DNA from: Sulfolobaceae archaeon
Lineage (GTDB): Archaea > Thermoproteota > Thermoprotei_A > Sulfolobales > Sulfolobaceae
Length of the DNA stretch: 64,000 nt
Direction of reading: 5' to 3'
Assembly: GCA_038893355.1 (NCBI GenBank)
Contig: JAWARQ010000004.1
Coordinates: forward strand, 1-64,000
The notes beneath the pieces were generated by a model, which saw only the letters and a list, made by a program, of their open reading frames with translations, did no database searches and was not told where the DNA came from. Below, piece by piece: positions 34,196-45,081 of the stretch; the stretch's first letter is position 1, and each line of letters starts with the position of its first letter. The position numbers were made by a program, and so were the translations under genes.

Positions 34196-35608
34196 TTATA
34201 TTTTTAAAATATTTTTTAAGATTAGTAATGCTCTTTTAAACATATTATTTAGAAGGGATTTATAAAATTGGTTAAATATGTAAAGTATGATTAAATATAT
34301 TGATACAGAAATTAAAGGCGGTAATATGCTTGGAGTATTAAAAAACATTGTGAATATAATTGAAAGTAAAGACGTTGTCAAAGTAACAATATAGCATTCA
34401 CTCCTGGGTAACTTAAAGTTATATTTATCTCTTAATGCAGAATAAACACTAATTATCATAAAAAATGATGTTATTAACAGAGGAACGGATGCCACAATTA
34501 TTGTATATAAGATATTATTTTGTAATTTAAATGTTAAAATAATTATCATAGTGGTTAATGTTGCTGTAGCTGAGAAAAACATATTCTTCCTTAGAATCCT
34601 ACCAGTAACGCTCTTAAAGGGATCGGATTTCTCTATAGAGAGTTTCTCATCGATTGCTATTAAATAATTATATAGCGTCGCATAAAAAACTCTAAATGAG
34701 GTAGATATTGTGAGTAGATATACTGCAGGTGTTATAATTGAATAAACTTCTCTTATAAGATGAATTAAGAAAGTTGCACCAGTAATAACACCTAATGTAA
34801 CTATTCCTATTATTCCTATTATTAATTTTATTAAATCATAAAATCTATTATCTTTATTAGTTATAGCGCTTTTGATTACTCCAACGTTAGCTGCTCCTGA
34901 CAATGTTGCAACACTGGAAACTACAATTGCGGCCTCATAAAATGCTACCAGATAAAATCCACCAATAAAGAGGAGGAATAATACTATTGTCCCTTCAATT
35001 ATATACTGAAGCCTTTCAAATATTATAACTATTGAATTTTTCAAAGTTTTAATAGCTATTTTAAAATCTATCTTTAAATTACCTTTAATATTTTTTAGAA
35101 CAAATAATATCTGCAAAATATAACCTATAGAATATGCAAGTGAGGGTGCTAAAATTGAAAGGTTATAGATATATAGAAGAATGACTGCAGACACTAATCT
35201 ACCTATTTGAAACATGATATTACTTAAATTGACCAATAATGGTTTAGTACCTTGAGTAATCGCCAATACTGTTCTCAAGATGTAATAAGATATTATCATT
35301 GGTATTACTGTATTCATTCCTAAAAAGAGGGCTAATATTGTAGAGATAGTAGCAAAGAGTAGTTGTAAGATAATTACCCCTCCCATTGGTTTTCCTTCTG
35401 CAGTATATCTTACTGATATTATTGATAAAGTATCTGCAGGTATCGTTAGAAATGAAGAAAATATTACGTAATAGGTTTGCCATTCTCCAAAAGCTTCTAT
35501 TGATTGATGAGATAGTGATGCAGCTATTAAGAATGCAAATAGTAGTGAAAAAGGTGTGGTGGCAAGTCTTGATAAAAACCCTAGCAATGCATCTCTTATA
35601 ATCCCCAT
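34196..35608 (-). CDS. MOP/MATE-superfamily flippase-like membrane protein
   Basis: About 14 hydrophobic segments; EAFGEW and RYTAEG pattern near the N-terminus. Confidence 0.6.
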   Translation of the reverse strand: MGIIRDALLGFLSRLATTPFSLLFAFLIAASLSHQSIEAFGEWQTYYVIFSSFLTIPADTLSIISVRYTAEGKPMGGVIILQLLFATISTILALFLGMNTVIPMIISYYILRTVLAITQGTKPLLVNLSNIMFQIGRLVSAVILLYIYNLSILAPSLAYSIGYILQILFVLKNIKGNLKIDFKIAIKTLKNSIVIIFERLQYIIEGTIVLFLLFIGGFYLVAFYEAAIVVSSVATLSGAANVGVIKSAITNKDNRFYDLIKLIIGIIGIVTLGVITGATFLIHLIREVYSIITPAVYLLTISTSFRVFYATLYNYLIAIDEKLSIEKSDPFKSVTGRILRKNMFFSATATLTTMIIILTFKLQNNILYTIIVASVPLLITSFFMIISVYSALRDKYNFKLPRSECYIVTLTTSLLSIIFTMFFNTPSILPPLISVSIYLIILYIFNQFYKSLLNNMFKRALLILKNILKI

Positions 35609-35641
35609 CTTTTGGAATGTTAAAAGGATAATTTTTAAGTC

Positions 35642-36343
35642 TTATCCAATTTCTTTCAATAATTTTATACAAGGTCTATATTTAGTTCTTGATAATATTT
35701 TATAAAAATCATTGTAATCTATATTTAACCATTCTTTTAGCTCCTCAAGCTTTTTAAAAATTTTATTACAATCAAAATTTTTTAATTTATTAATTTCTGA
35801 AGCTGCCCTAACTCTTGCTTCTCTTTTAGATTGTACTTCTTTTATCGCTTTCTCTAAGTTATTTAATTCTCTTGTTTTCACTATTAAACTAACTATACCA
35901 TTTATGGTGTTAGGTACACCTAATCTAGACCCTCTTAATTCAATTTTTCTAGATTGTACATTAGGTAAACTCATTCTCGTTAAGTAAGTAGTTATTCCTT
36001 TTTTAGGCGTTTTATCTACTATTCCGCCGATTATAATTCCATTAAAGTAGTAGAGATCCTCTTCCTTTAAAGTTCTTAATGCATAGGGATCTAGAACGAG
36101 TGGTCTAGTTATACCAAAGACACTTAAAGAGTATTTAAGACTTCCTCTAATTAAGAAAATCTTTGTATTTTCTATCCTTCTTATTAAATAATCTAGATAT
36201 TTGACATTCTGGTTTATTGATAAGACTAGTTTATACCCCCTTTTATTTAGAATACTGTAGGCTTGTATAATTTGCAAGGTGAGGCTCTTTAATTCCTCCT
36301 CAGTATGAAATGGAAGGTAGTTAAGATCAATGATGAATATCAT
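35642..36343 (-). CDS. trm10: Trm10-family SPOUT tRNA methyltransferase, lacking N-terminal domain
   Basis: IIDL, LDPYA, IGGIVDK, RKIELRGS..GVP, AI...QSK. Confidence 0.8.
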   Translation of the reverse strand: MIFIIDLNYLPFHTEEELKSLTLQIIQAYSILNKRGYKLVLSINQNVKYLDYLIRRIENTKIFLIRGSLKYSLSVFGITRPLVLDPYALRTLKEEDLYYFNGIIIGGIVDKTPKKGITTYLTRMSLPNVQSRKIELRGSRLGVPNTINGIVSLIVKTRELNNLEKAIKEVQSKREARVRAASEINKLKNFDCNKIFKKLEELKEWLNIDYNDFYKILSRTKYRPCIKLLKEIG

Positions 36344-36461
36344 TAAACTCTTATGCGATCTTATCCTTAAAAAATTATTTGAAGATAATTTTATAATAAA
36401 TAAATTTCAAGTTTTTTCTCTCATAGTAATACTTTAATATTAGTTAAGAGAGTAATAAATA

Positions 36462-36710
36462 ATGAGCAATAAGCTCCCATTTCAAAAACCTCCAGCAATG
36501 CCGGCAAGTTATCCTACTCAATCGTGGCCAGTTGCATATGTTATAGAGGTTCTAGTAAAGTGTAAATTAGATGGAGAAATAATGCCAATTACCAAAGCCT
36601 TAGAACACCAGAAGATGCATGAGCAGAAAGGCGAACAGCCGTGTTTTACTATAGAGGGTCTTTCAACATCGAGGCCTAAAATAGAGAAAAATATAATTGA
36701 GTTCATTTAA
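36462..36710 (+). CDS. Small hypothetical protein with a possible metal-finger motif
   Basis: CKLD-x11-HQKMH, plus a downstream Cys; TATA-like TTTAATA about 30 nt upstream. Confidence 0.65.
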   Translation: MSNKLPFQKPPAMPASYPTQSWPVAYVIEVLVKCKLDGEIMPITKALEHQKMHEQKGEQPCFTIEGLSTSRPKIEKNIIEFI

Positions 36711-38541
36711 GTAAAACTTTTCTTAATTCTTCTAATGCCTCTACTTCCTCTAATGTAGATAGGTCTCCTAATACATTATTAGTAAGAACTGCTCTTAGAA
36801 CTCTTCTCATTATTTTCCCTGTTCTTGTTTTAGGCAATCTTTCTAAGAAGAAGACATTCCTAATTACTGCAATGGGTCCTAACTTTTCCCTAATACTTCT
36901 TATTATTTCATTCTTTAAATCTTCAGAAGGTTTATAGTCTTTCTTTAATACAACAAATGCTACTAATGCATTTCCTTTTTCTACATCTGGTACACCTATA
37001 ACTGCAGCCTCCGCTACTTTGTTATTTTCTAGTATAATATTCTCTATCTCTGCTGGGCTTAATCTATGACCAGCTATCTTTACTACATCATCTACTCTAC
37101 CGAGTACATAAACGTATCCTTCTTCATCAATATAACCATAATCTCCAGTAAAATACACACCATATTTACTAAAATATTCTCTATATCTTTCATCGTCATT
37201 CCATAACGAGATCATGAATGCTGGTGCAGATCTCTTTATAACTATATAGCCCTTTTCATTTGGTGGTAGCTCTCTTCCGTTATCATCCACTATTGTTACC
37301 TCTATACCAGGTAATGGATGTCCTACAGAGCCAAGCTTGTAATATATTCCATTAATAAAGAATCCGCCAGGTGATGTTATAAATCCACTGTTTTCTGTCT
37401 GACCCCATGTTTCTATAATATAAGTCTCTTGATTAGTTAGATTTACTAACCACTTCCAAGGTTCTATTCCTAATATTTCGCCTGCGCTAACTATCATCTT
37501 TAAACTACTTATATCATAGTTGACTTTCTCGTAATATTTCATTAATAGCCTAACCGCAGTTGGGGCAACCCACATATATGTAACTGAATACTTCTCTACA
37601 AGCCTCCACCAAATTTCTGGATCTGGATAATCTGGTGCACCTTCATACCATAATAATGTAGCTCCGTTTAAGAGTGGACCGTAAGTACTGTAAGAATGTC
37701 CATTAATCCACCCTATATCTGGCAGTGAAAAGAAGATATCATCATTTTGAAAGTTAAATAACCATTTAACATGAAAGTAAGCCCATACTGTATAAGCCCC
37801 AGTGGCATGTACTACGCCTTTTGGTTTTCCAGTAGTTCCAGAGGTGTAAAGTATGAACAATGGATGTGTTGATTCTACTCTTTCTGCTTCTACTTTCTTA
37901 TTTCTTTTTATTAAATCTTTAAAATCATAAAAATTTTTTGACCTTTTATCAGCTCTATTTAAAATTATGACGTTAACATTAAGTCCCTCTATCGCTTTAA
38001 TAACGTTTTCGATATAATTAATTTCCTTTCCTCTTCTATATCCAACATCTGAAGTAATAATTAGTTTTGAATTTGAAGATACAATTCTCTCTCTAAGTGC
38101 TTGATATCCAAATCCTCCAAAAACTACATTATGTATTGCACCTATTCTCGCACATGCTAGCATTGAGACCATGGCTTCTGGTATCATTGGCATATATATT
38201 GTAACTACGTCACCTTTCTTTATCCCAATTTCCAATAATGAGTTAGCTAAAGACATAACTTGCTTATACAGCTGGTCATAAGTAAGGATTTTACTCTCAC
38301 CAATCTCGCTTTCCCAAATCAGTGCAGCTTTGTTTTTTCTTTCAGGATGTGCATCAAATATGTTATAAGTAATATTAATTTTTCCATCAGGAAACCATTC
38401 GTAATAAGGATGATTAGATTTTAAGACTTTAGTATATTTATTAAACCAAATTAATTCTGATGCAACATTATCCCAGAACTTCTCATTATTAAGAACAGAG
38501 AATTTCCACAACTTCCTTATTCTCGTTAATGTAGGATTCAT
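36703..38541 (-). CDS. AMP-forming acyl-CoA synthetase (Acs-like)
   Basis: YTSGTTGKPKG, ETWGQTE, TGD, GRVDD, LPKTRTGK. Confidence 0.92.
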   Translation of the reverse strand: MNPTLTRIRKLWKFSVLNNEKFWDNVASELIWFNKYTKVLKSNHPYYEWFPDGKINITYNIFDAHPERKNKAALIWESEIGESKILTYDQLYKQVMSLANSLLEIGIKKGDVVTIYMPMIPEAMVSMLACARIGAIHNVVFGGFGYQALRERIVSSNSKLIITSDVGYRRGKEINYIENVIKAIEGLNVNVIILNRADKRSKNFYDFKDLIKRNKKVEAERVESTHPLFILYTSGTTGKPKGVVHATGAYTVWAYFHVKWLFNFQNDDIFFSLPDIGWINGHSYSTYGPLLNGATLLWYEGAPDYPDPEIWWRLVEKYSVTYMWVAPTAVRLLMKYYEKVNYDISSLKMIVSAGEILGIEPWKWLVNLTNQETYIIETWGQTENSGFITSPGGFFINGIYYKLGSVGHPLPGIEVTIVDDNGRELPPNEKGYIVIKRSAPAFMISLWNDDERYREYFSKYGVYFTGDYGYIDEEGYVYVLGRVDDVVKIAGHRLSPAEIENIILENNKVAEAAVIGVPDVEKGNALVAFVVLKKDYKPSEDLKNEIIRSIREKLGPIAVIRNVFFLERLPKTRTGKIMRRVLRAVLTNNVLGDLSTLEEVEALEELRKVLLK

Positions 38542-38685
38542 ATATACTAAATTTTGCTTTAAGGAAAAATAAATTAAGCTACTAGTGCAAAGGATGCATA
38601 ATTATAATTTTTCTCGTTATGTATATATCTCTCTACAATAGTAATTTAAAATAGCGCTTATTAATTATTCTAGATAACTAACATT

Positions 38686-38898
38686 ATGCCAAATAAGGGA
38701 AGTAATTATAAATTTTCTATTTTTATATTAATAATAACAATAATTATAGCTTTATTATACTTTATCCCACAAATAGTTAATAATGTTGAACCAAGGCTGG
38801 CTGGCTTAAGTTTCTTCTACTGGTATCAAATACTTTTACTATTCGTTGCAGCAATTGGGTATTTTATTGTTTCTTATGTTTCTGAAAGAAAGAGGTGA
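38686..38898 (+). CDS. DUF3311-type small partner of SSS permease
   Basis: Two TM segments, [12 protein letters not shown]; overlaps the permease start. Confidence 0.8.
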   Translation: MPNKGSNYKFSIFILIITIIIALLYFIPQIVNNVEPRLAGLSFFYWYQILLLFVAAIGYFIVSYVSERKR

Positions 38899-40484
38899 GT
38901 AATATGTTTAATGTCAGTATATTAACGCTTACTGTATTCGTAATTCTTTTCGCCATATTTACGTTTTTAGGATTTTATGGATCTAGATGGAGGAAAGGAG
39001 ATCTTAATAGGCTAGATGAATGGGGGCTTGCAGGTAGAAGATTAGGAACATTAATAGTGTGGTTTTTAATGGGTGCAGATTTATACACTGCATATACTTT
39101 CGTCGCAGTTCCATCAACTGTTTTAGCTTCTGGACCCTACGGTTTCTTTGCAGTTCCATATGTTGCACTAACTTTTGGAATTGCATTACTTACAATGCCT
39201 AGATTATGGGTTGTTAGTAGAAATAAGAATTATGTTACCGCTTCTGATTTTATAAAAGATAGATTTAATAGTAGGGCATTATCTATAGCAGTTGCAATAA
39301 CTGGTGCAGTAGCTGAACTTCCTTACATTGCATTACAAATAGTAGGTATGCAGGCAGTTCTTGCTATATTACTTTTAGGTCTTAATCTTGGAAATTCTAC
39401 ACTAGTATCAGATCTAGCCTTACTAATATCATTTATAGTCTTGGCTGCATTTACTTTTACGAGTGGGTTAAGGGGTGCAGCTTTAACTGGGATCTTTAAA
39501 GATATTCTAATATGGATTACAGTACTTGTACCAATTATATACGTACCCTTATCTACGGGAGGGTTTTCATTAGCCTTTCAAAACTCTCAAACCCTTAGCG
39601 CTCAAGTAAATCAAGTTATTAATGGAGTTAATAGGAGTATAAATTATGCCCAACTTAATTCCCTACTATTCTCTGCGTATATCTCTACTGCAATAGGTAG
39701 CGCATTAGCATTATACTTATACCCTCACTCAATAAACGGCTCATTAAGTTCTCAAGACGAAAAGAGATTAAAGTATGCAACTTCCTTCTTATCAATATAT
39801 GGAGTTGGGTTAGCCCTTCTAGCGTTATTTGGAATCTTAATATATGCAGTTCCGGATGCATTAAATTTAGTTCTTCAGAATCCTTTACATGGTCTATTGA
39901 CTGTTCCCGGTTTAATAGCATATACTATGCCAGATTGGTTTGTTGGAATTGCGCTTTTAGGAATATTTGTAGGTGGATTAGTTCCCGCAGCAATAATGGC
40001 AATAGCAGTAGCAAATCTATTAGCTAGGAATGTTATAAAGGAATTTAAACCTAATCTCTCTCCAAGTTCAGAAGCGAACCTTGCTAAATGGATTTCTACA
40101 ATATTTAAGTTCATAGCTTTAGCTTTCGTATTTATAGTACCTCCGACCTATGCAATACAGCTTCAATTATTAGGAGGTATAATAATACTACAAACTTTAC
40201 CATCTATATTCATAGGGCTATATACTAATAAAATGAACAGTAAAGCACTTCTAGCAGGCTGGGCTGTTGGATTAACTTCTGGAATAATACTTGCACTTTT
40301 TGCTAATAATTTTGGACCACTAAGAACTTCGCTGTTCTCTACACCTTTAGGTCCTTTGTATATAGGTATGATAGCGTTGGGGATTAATTTACTAGTAGTA
40401 CTAATAGGGACTTTAGTTTCAATAGCTCTAGGATGGAAGCCTATTTCTAAAATATCTGAAAAAGACTTTAGTATAGTACATTAA
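38895..40484 (+). CDS. Sodium:solute symporter (monocarboxylate permease-like)
   Basis: [43 protein letters not shown]. Confidence 0.9.
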   Translation: MSNMFNVSILTLTVFVILFAIFTFLGFYGSRWRKGDLNRLDEWGLAGRRLGTLIVWFLMGADLYTAYTFVAVPSTVLASGPYGFFAVPYVALTFGIALLTMPRLWVVSRNKNYVTASDFIKDRFNSRALSIAVAITGAVAELPYIALQIVGMQAVLAILLLGLNLGNSTLVSDLALLISFIVLAAFTFTSGLRGAALTGIFKDILIWITVLVPIIYVPLSTGGFSLAFQNSQTLSAQVNQVINGVNRSINYAQLNSLLFSAYISTAIGSALALYLYPHSINGSLSSQDEKRLKYATSFLSIYGVGLALLALFGILIYAVPDALNLVLQNPLHGLLTVPGLIAYTMPDWFVGIALLGIFVGGLVPAAIMAIAVANLLARNVIKEFKPNLSPSSEANLAKWISTIFKFIALAFVFIVPPTYAIQLQLLGGIIILQTLPSIFIGLYTNKMNSKALLAGWAVGLTSGIILALFANNFGPLRTSLFSTPLGPLYIGMIALGINLLVVLIGTLVSIALGWKPISKISEKDFSIVH

Positions 40485-40503
40485 TTGTAATTTCATCAGT
40501 GAA

Positions 40504-42192
40504 ATGATTTTTAATACGGTTAGATATATAAGGATGAGATTTTTTCAGCATCATATGAATTCAATGATAGTAAGAATATTGTGTATGCTTTCCATTGCAT
40601 TAGTATTAAGTTCTATTACGCCGATAATAATATCGAGCTCTGCAGTTAGTAGTACAGGGTATCAGGTTCTATATCAGAAATATATTAGTGGAATTTTATC
40701 TCAACAAACTAATGTAGGATATTCGACAATATATTACGTTTCGAATACTACTGCTACAGTTAATTATACTTCTGATGAAAAGGGAGTGATAAAGTCTCTT
40801 CAACATCAAACACTATATACTATTACCTCTTTAGGTAAGTCTCTTCAACATCAAGGTTACATAAACATTTCAATAGTAAATGGATTATTATTCAGTCTGA
40901 AGACTAACTTACCCTATCTGGCTAGAGTAATATTGATCGAGGGTAATTCTACTCAGCTAGTTTGGGCAGGTTTTAATGCAACAAAGATAAATTCCTATGT
41001 ATATATTAATTCCTCTGCAAACTTAGTCCTACAATTTCTAAATGGGACAAAATTCGTTAATATTAGCTTTACAGTGACACTTTCCTCAAAAATATCTAAG
41101 TCATTAAGCATTTATCTTCAAGAGATAACAGTAAGTAGTAAATTCTCAAGAGATTCCCAAACTGTTATACAATTAAATTATCCTAGAAAATACGCTCCAT
41201 ATATTTCAAGTAGTGAAATTAACGGATCTTATGTAAATTTAAGTAGTAATAATATGAATGTAGTTGAAGCGTACTTTAATGGAACTTTATTACCTGCAAT
41301 ATTATGGAGTGGTGAGGGTAAAGGCTCATTTTCGTTACATTTAGGTGTTTTACAGTCAGTCTTAGATATCGATACTAAGTTTATAACTATATCATTTTAT
41401 GGAGTTAATGGTACACCAGTAGCTTATGTTCACGATGTTTTCTTAAGCGGAGTATTATCTCAAAAAGGCCTAATAAAGGCAGTTTATGGAGATTTAAAGG
41501 CTGGAGAGTTAAAGATTGTTAAGGTAATAGGCGCAAAATATTCGAAGGCATCCTCTTCAGCTAAGGCATATGTAAATGGAAATCAAGTTATAGTTATTAT
41601 TAATGATAAGGGAGAAGTAGAAAGTACTGGGGATGTAGAGGTTATACATAATGTGTATGTAAATAACGTAGCTGGAGTAATAGTGAATATTTATATTAAT
41701 GGTAGTGGTAAAGTAGTTCTCGTAACTACTAATAATCAAGCACATAATGTTAGTATTGTAGTCCCGAAATCAGTAAAGGTGGTTAATATAAATATTAATG
41801 GTAAAACGTTTGTTGCACAAAACGTTACTGTAGAAATTCCTAGTAAGTATATAATGTTTAACATCACTTTATTGAATTCATCAGCAAATATTCAAGTTTA
41901 TAAGATCGTTAATGGTAGTTTAATCAAATTGAATGATAGTAATTACTTTATCATGAATGGTAAGCTCGTAGTATTTGATGACCCAGAGTCTAACTATCTA
42001 ATAGTTTATGGTACTGTGCAACCACAAACTACTATAACAGCACAGAGTGGAACGTCTAGCAGTTTACCACAGCAGCAAAGTTCTATTCCTTCCCCTGGTG
42101 GAATCTCTAGTAATTTACTCTATGTCATAATAGGCATAATAGTTGTAGTTGTAATTCTAGCCATAGCTATAGTCCTAACGAGGAGAAAGTAA
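40504..42192 (+). CDS. Membrane-anchored surface glycoprotein of unknown function
   Basis: Signal-peptide-like N-terminus, many N-x-S/T sequons, S/T/Q/P linker, C-terminal TM followed by RRK; start may be downstream (MNSM). Confidence 0.8.
   Translation: MIFNTVRYIRMRFFQHHMNSMIVRILCMLSIALVLSSITPIIISSSAVSSTGYQVLYQKYISGILSQQTNVGYSTIYYVSNTTATVNYTSDEKGVIKSLQHQTLYTITSLGKSLQHQGYINISIVNGLLFSLKTNLPYLARVILIEGNSTQLVWAGFNATKINSYVYINSSANLVLQFLNGTKFVNISFTVTLSSKISKSLSIYLQEITVSSKFSRDSQTVIQLNYPRKYAPYISSSEINGSYVNLSSNNMNVVEAYFNGTLLPAILWSGEGKGSFSLHLGVLQSVLDIDTKFITISFYGVNGTPVAYVHDVFLSGVLSQKGLIKAVYGDLKAGELKIVKVIGAKYSKASSSAKAYVNGNQVIVIINDKGEVESTGDVEVIHNVYVNNVAGVIVNIYINGSGKVVLVTTNNQAHNVSIVVPKSVKVVNININGKTFVAQNVTVEIPSKYIMFNITLLNSSANIQVYKIVNGSLIKLNDSNYFIMNGKLVVFDDPESNYLIVYGTVQPQTTITAQSGTSSSLPQQQSSIPSPGGISSNLLYVIIGIIVVVVILAIAIVLTRRK
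40792..40854. repeat. Exact 18-bp direct repeat, 45-bp period
   Basis: AAGTCTCTTCAACATCAA at 40792-40809 and 40837-40854 (KSLQHQ twice). Confidence 0.88.
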
Positions 42193-42233
42193 ATTTATAT
42201 TTTTTTCTTCGTATTTTTTCTGTAAACCTAAAT

Positions 42234-42310
<77 letters not shown>

Positions 42311-42396
42311 TCTGTAAATTTTTCTATTATCTTTTTATAGAGTATTTATATAATTATTAAATATTTGAAATAATAAAAAATTATATTAAATAAAAA

Positions 42397-43848
42397 TTAA
42401 TATCCTTTTGCTAATAATGCGAAATATATTATAAATAGTATTGAGATTAGTATAATTCCTGGTTTTATTTCTTTAAATCTTCCTAATGCTAATTTTATTA
42501 TTAAATACGAAATGAATCCAAATCCTATTCCTGCAGTAATACTATATGTAAACGGTATTGAAATTAATGTTAAAAAGGCAGGAACTACTTCGCTTATATT
42601 ATTGTTAATAACTAGCTTTCCTGCTAGGGATAAGAATAATAATCCTACTAAAATAAGAACACCGCCCGTTGCAAATGACGGTACTATGGTAAAGAGAGGT
42701 GCTAGTGGAACTGAAATGAAAAATAGTATTGATGTTATTAGTGCAGTCAGACCACTTCTTCCACCTTGTTCTATTCCCGTTGCGCTCTCTATATATATTA
42801 CAGTAGTTGAGGTGCCAAAGAAGGGAGCTAATATAGATGCAGAGGCGTCTGAAATTAGTGTTTTATTTATATTAATAATCTTATTATTTGTATCTACTAA
42901 GCCAGCTTTAGTTGCAAGACCACTTATTGTTCCTAATCCATCAAAGAAGTCTACTAAGAATAGTGAAAATGCAATTGGAAATCCAATTCCAAACGTAGTA
43001 AAATATAGGTAGAATGATGTAGGTAAATCATTAATAATTGATGTCATAAATGTTGGTGGCGTAATTATACTTGCTGGAAGGTTAACATAACCTAATACTC
43101 CCCCTATTACTGTAGTAGTTATTATTGCTATTATAAATGAACCTATAACTCTAGCTATTAGTAATACTGCAGAGATAAAGAAACTTAGCATTCCTAAATA
43201 AAATGTAGGACTTGCTAGCGCTTCAGTATTAATAGTTATAGGTGTCGCCGACCCTGCCCTTACTATACCAATATTAGCTAGACCTATCAATGATATGAAG
43301 AGCCCTATTCCAATTCCTATTCCAATTCTTAAGGTTTCTGGTACCGAATTTATTATGAACTCTCTTATTCCACCAATAGAGAATATTAAGAACAATATTC
43401 CATTAAAGAAAACTGAAATTAAAGAAAGGTAAACTGCAAATATTGCTGCTGATTGTCCTTGTAGCGAATGAGTTGATATTAATACGTTTGTAAATGACGG
43501 AATAACAGTAAATGCAATGAATGCATTTTCTCCCATTCCAGGTGCTAGTCCAAACGGCATCTTTGCATATAATGACATAATTAAAGTAGCTACTGCAGCA
43601 GCTAATGCGGTAGCTATTGTAAAGCTAAGCCTTATTAAATCGACAAGGCCTTGGTACGATTGAGGTAATGGTGAAGAAGGAGGTATTCCTAATGCAGTTC
43701 TAAGCGCGATTTCAAAGCCACTAGTTAATATTAGTGGGTTAACAAAAAGGATGTATGCCATTGATAGAAATGTAGTTATTCCAGCTACTGTTTCTATCCT
43801 AATATTAGTCTTTCTTTTATCTAATTCAAAATAACTTGATATACTCAT
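42397..43848 (-). CDS. NCS2/AzgA-like purine permease
   Basis: AGITTFLSMAYILFVNP, LAPGMG.NAF, YIESATG...GGRSGL, PFTYSI. Confidence 0.92.
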   Translation of the reverse strand: MSISSYFELDKRKTNIRIETVAGITTFLSMAYILFVNPLILTSGFEIALRTALGIPPSSPLPQSYQGLVDLIRLSFTIATALAAAVATLIMSLYAKMPFGLAPGMGENAFIAFTVIPSFTNVLISTHSLQGQSAAIFAVYLSLISVFFNGILFLIFSIGGIREFIINSVPETLRIGIGIGIGLFISLIGLANIGIVRAGSATPITINTEALASPTFYLGMLSFFISAVLLIARVIGSFIIAIITTTVIGGVLGYVNLPASIITPPTFMTSIINDLPTSFYLYFTTFGIGFPIAFSLFLVDFFDGLGTISGLATKAGLVDTNNKIININKTLISDASASILAPFFGTSTTVIYIESATGIEQGGRSGLTALITSILFFISVPLAPLFTIVPSFATGGVLILVGLLFLSLAGKLVINNNISEVVPAFLTLISIPFTYSITAGIGFGFISYLIIKLALGRFKEIKPGIILISILFIIYFALLAKGY

Positions 43849-43899
43849 TACATAAGAAGACGTGGATGGGATTAAAAGATTAAATCTAATCTATCATGC

Positions 43900-44170
43900 T
43901 GTAAAGATTATAGAACAGAATGTACTTCTTACTTTTTCCTCTTATATTTTCATCTCAATCATTTTATGTCCATATATCGTCAAGCATAGACATTAATCCT
44001 TAACATACTAGTTAGGTCTATGTAATACACATCTACTACTCAGTTAAATGATGGGTTATAGAATTCCTTCAAGCGAGTTTAGATACTTCTGGCTCATGTC
44101 CTTGTAACCTTCTTACCCTTTCGGGCATAGCGCATACTAGGCTGAGAGGTCATCTTTATCAAGGATAAAA
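43900..44170 (-). pseudogene. Tentative heavily decayed tnpB-like relic
   Basis: Broken fragments VSKLA*RN, VVDVYYIDL, C..YGHKM occur in the order of a TnpB RuvC-II to Zn-ribbon segment. Confidence 0.3.
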
Positions 44171-44289
44171 TCGATATAAACTTAAGTATTTATTACTGTA
44201 AAAGGATTTATCTCTTATTAACGACTTAAGTCTATATTGTTTAGCAGAATAAGTGTATTAAATTAACCGGTAACTTTAGGACTTATACA

Positions 44290-45033
44290 CTAGTCTTCTT
44301 TATAATCTAATAATAAATTATATAACTCTTTTTTACTAATTTTCTTATTATTTAATAATATTAGATTTTCTTTTATATTTAATAACTTTTTTACTATAAT
44401 TTCATCATTTCTTATTTCATATCCTATTTTGTATATTCTCTTTATAATTTCATCATTTCTTATTTCATATTTGCATTTTAGCAATAAATATAGTATAATA
44501 TCAGGGAAGTTTTCCTTAATAAATACATTACAGTTTTTTTGAAAATTAAATAAATATAAATTTTTTTGTAGTTTATCAATTATTTCTGAAATGACATTTT
44601 CAAATAAGTTCTTTACCAATTTCAATCTTATAGTATTATTCACTAAAATAAATTTAATTAAAATAAAATCTTTAAAAATATTTATATTAATATTTTCATT
44701 AAAATTTAATTTATTTAGTTCTTCAATTATAACTTTATAAGCTGGAATATTATGAAATTCTATAGGGATCTTGGACTCAATATACTCCGAATTCTTATAT
44801 ATCTTTTCTATCTCAGATAAAGACAGTCTGTTAAGATTAAGTACTACATTTTCTGCTAATGAGATTCTTAAGGATACTTTATTAACCTCCTCTACTATAA
44901 CCTTGTAATTTATTGCTCTAATATTAACTCTACTTAGAAAATCAGCAATTTCTTTAGCCTTTTCTTCTTCTATATCTCCAATGATTATATAATTTGAAAT
45001 AATATACTTTCTCCTTTTCCCTCTTCTCTCCAT
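44290..45033 (-). CDS. Hypothetical protein
   Basis: 247-aa ORF; very AT-rich C-terminal half. Confidence 0.65.
   Translation of the reverse strand: MERRGKRRKYIISNYIIIGDIEEEKAKEIADFLSRVNIRAINYKVIVEEVNKVSLRISLAENVVLNLNRLSLSEIEKIYKNSEYIESKIPIEFHNIPAYKVIIEELNKLNFNENININIFKDFILIKFILVNNTIRLKLVKNLFENVISEIIDKLQKNLYLFNFQKNCNVFIKENFPDIILYLLLKCKYEIRNDEIIKRIYKIGYEIRNDEIIVKKLLNIKENLILLNNKKISKKELYNLLLDYKED
44395..44470. repeat. Exact 28-bp direct repeat, 48-bp period
   Basis: TATAATTTCATCATTTCTTATTTCATAT at 44395-44422 and 44443-44470 (YEIRNDEII twice). Confidence 0.9.
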
Positions 45034-45081
45034 CCTAGACTAAGAAAAACTATTAATATCAGATTATTTAGTCTTTCAATC

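Noticed and set aside
44125-44175. GCTGAGA suggesting a TPP riboswitch
   Set aside because: Wrong strand for the permease, and the other conserved TPP motifs are absent
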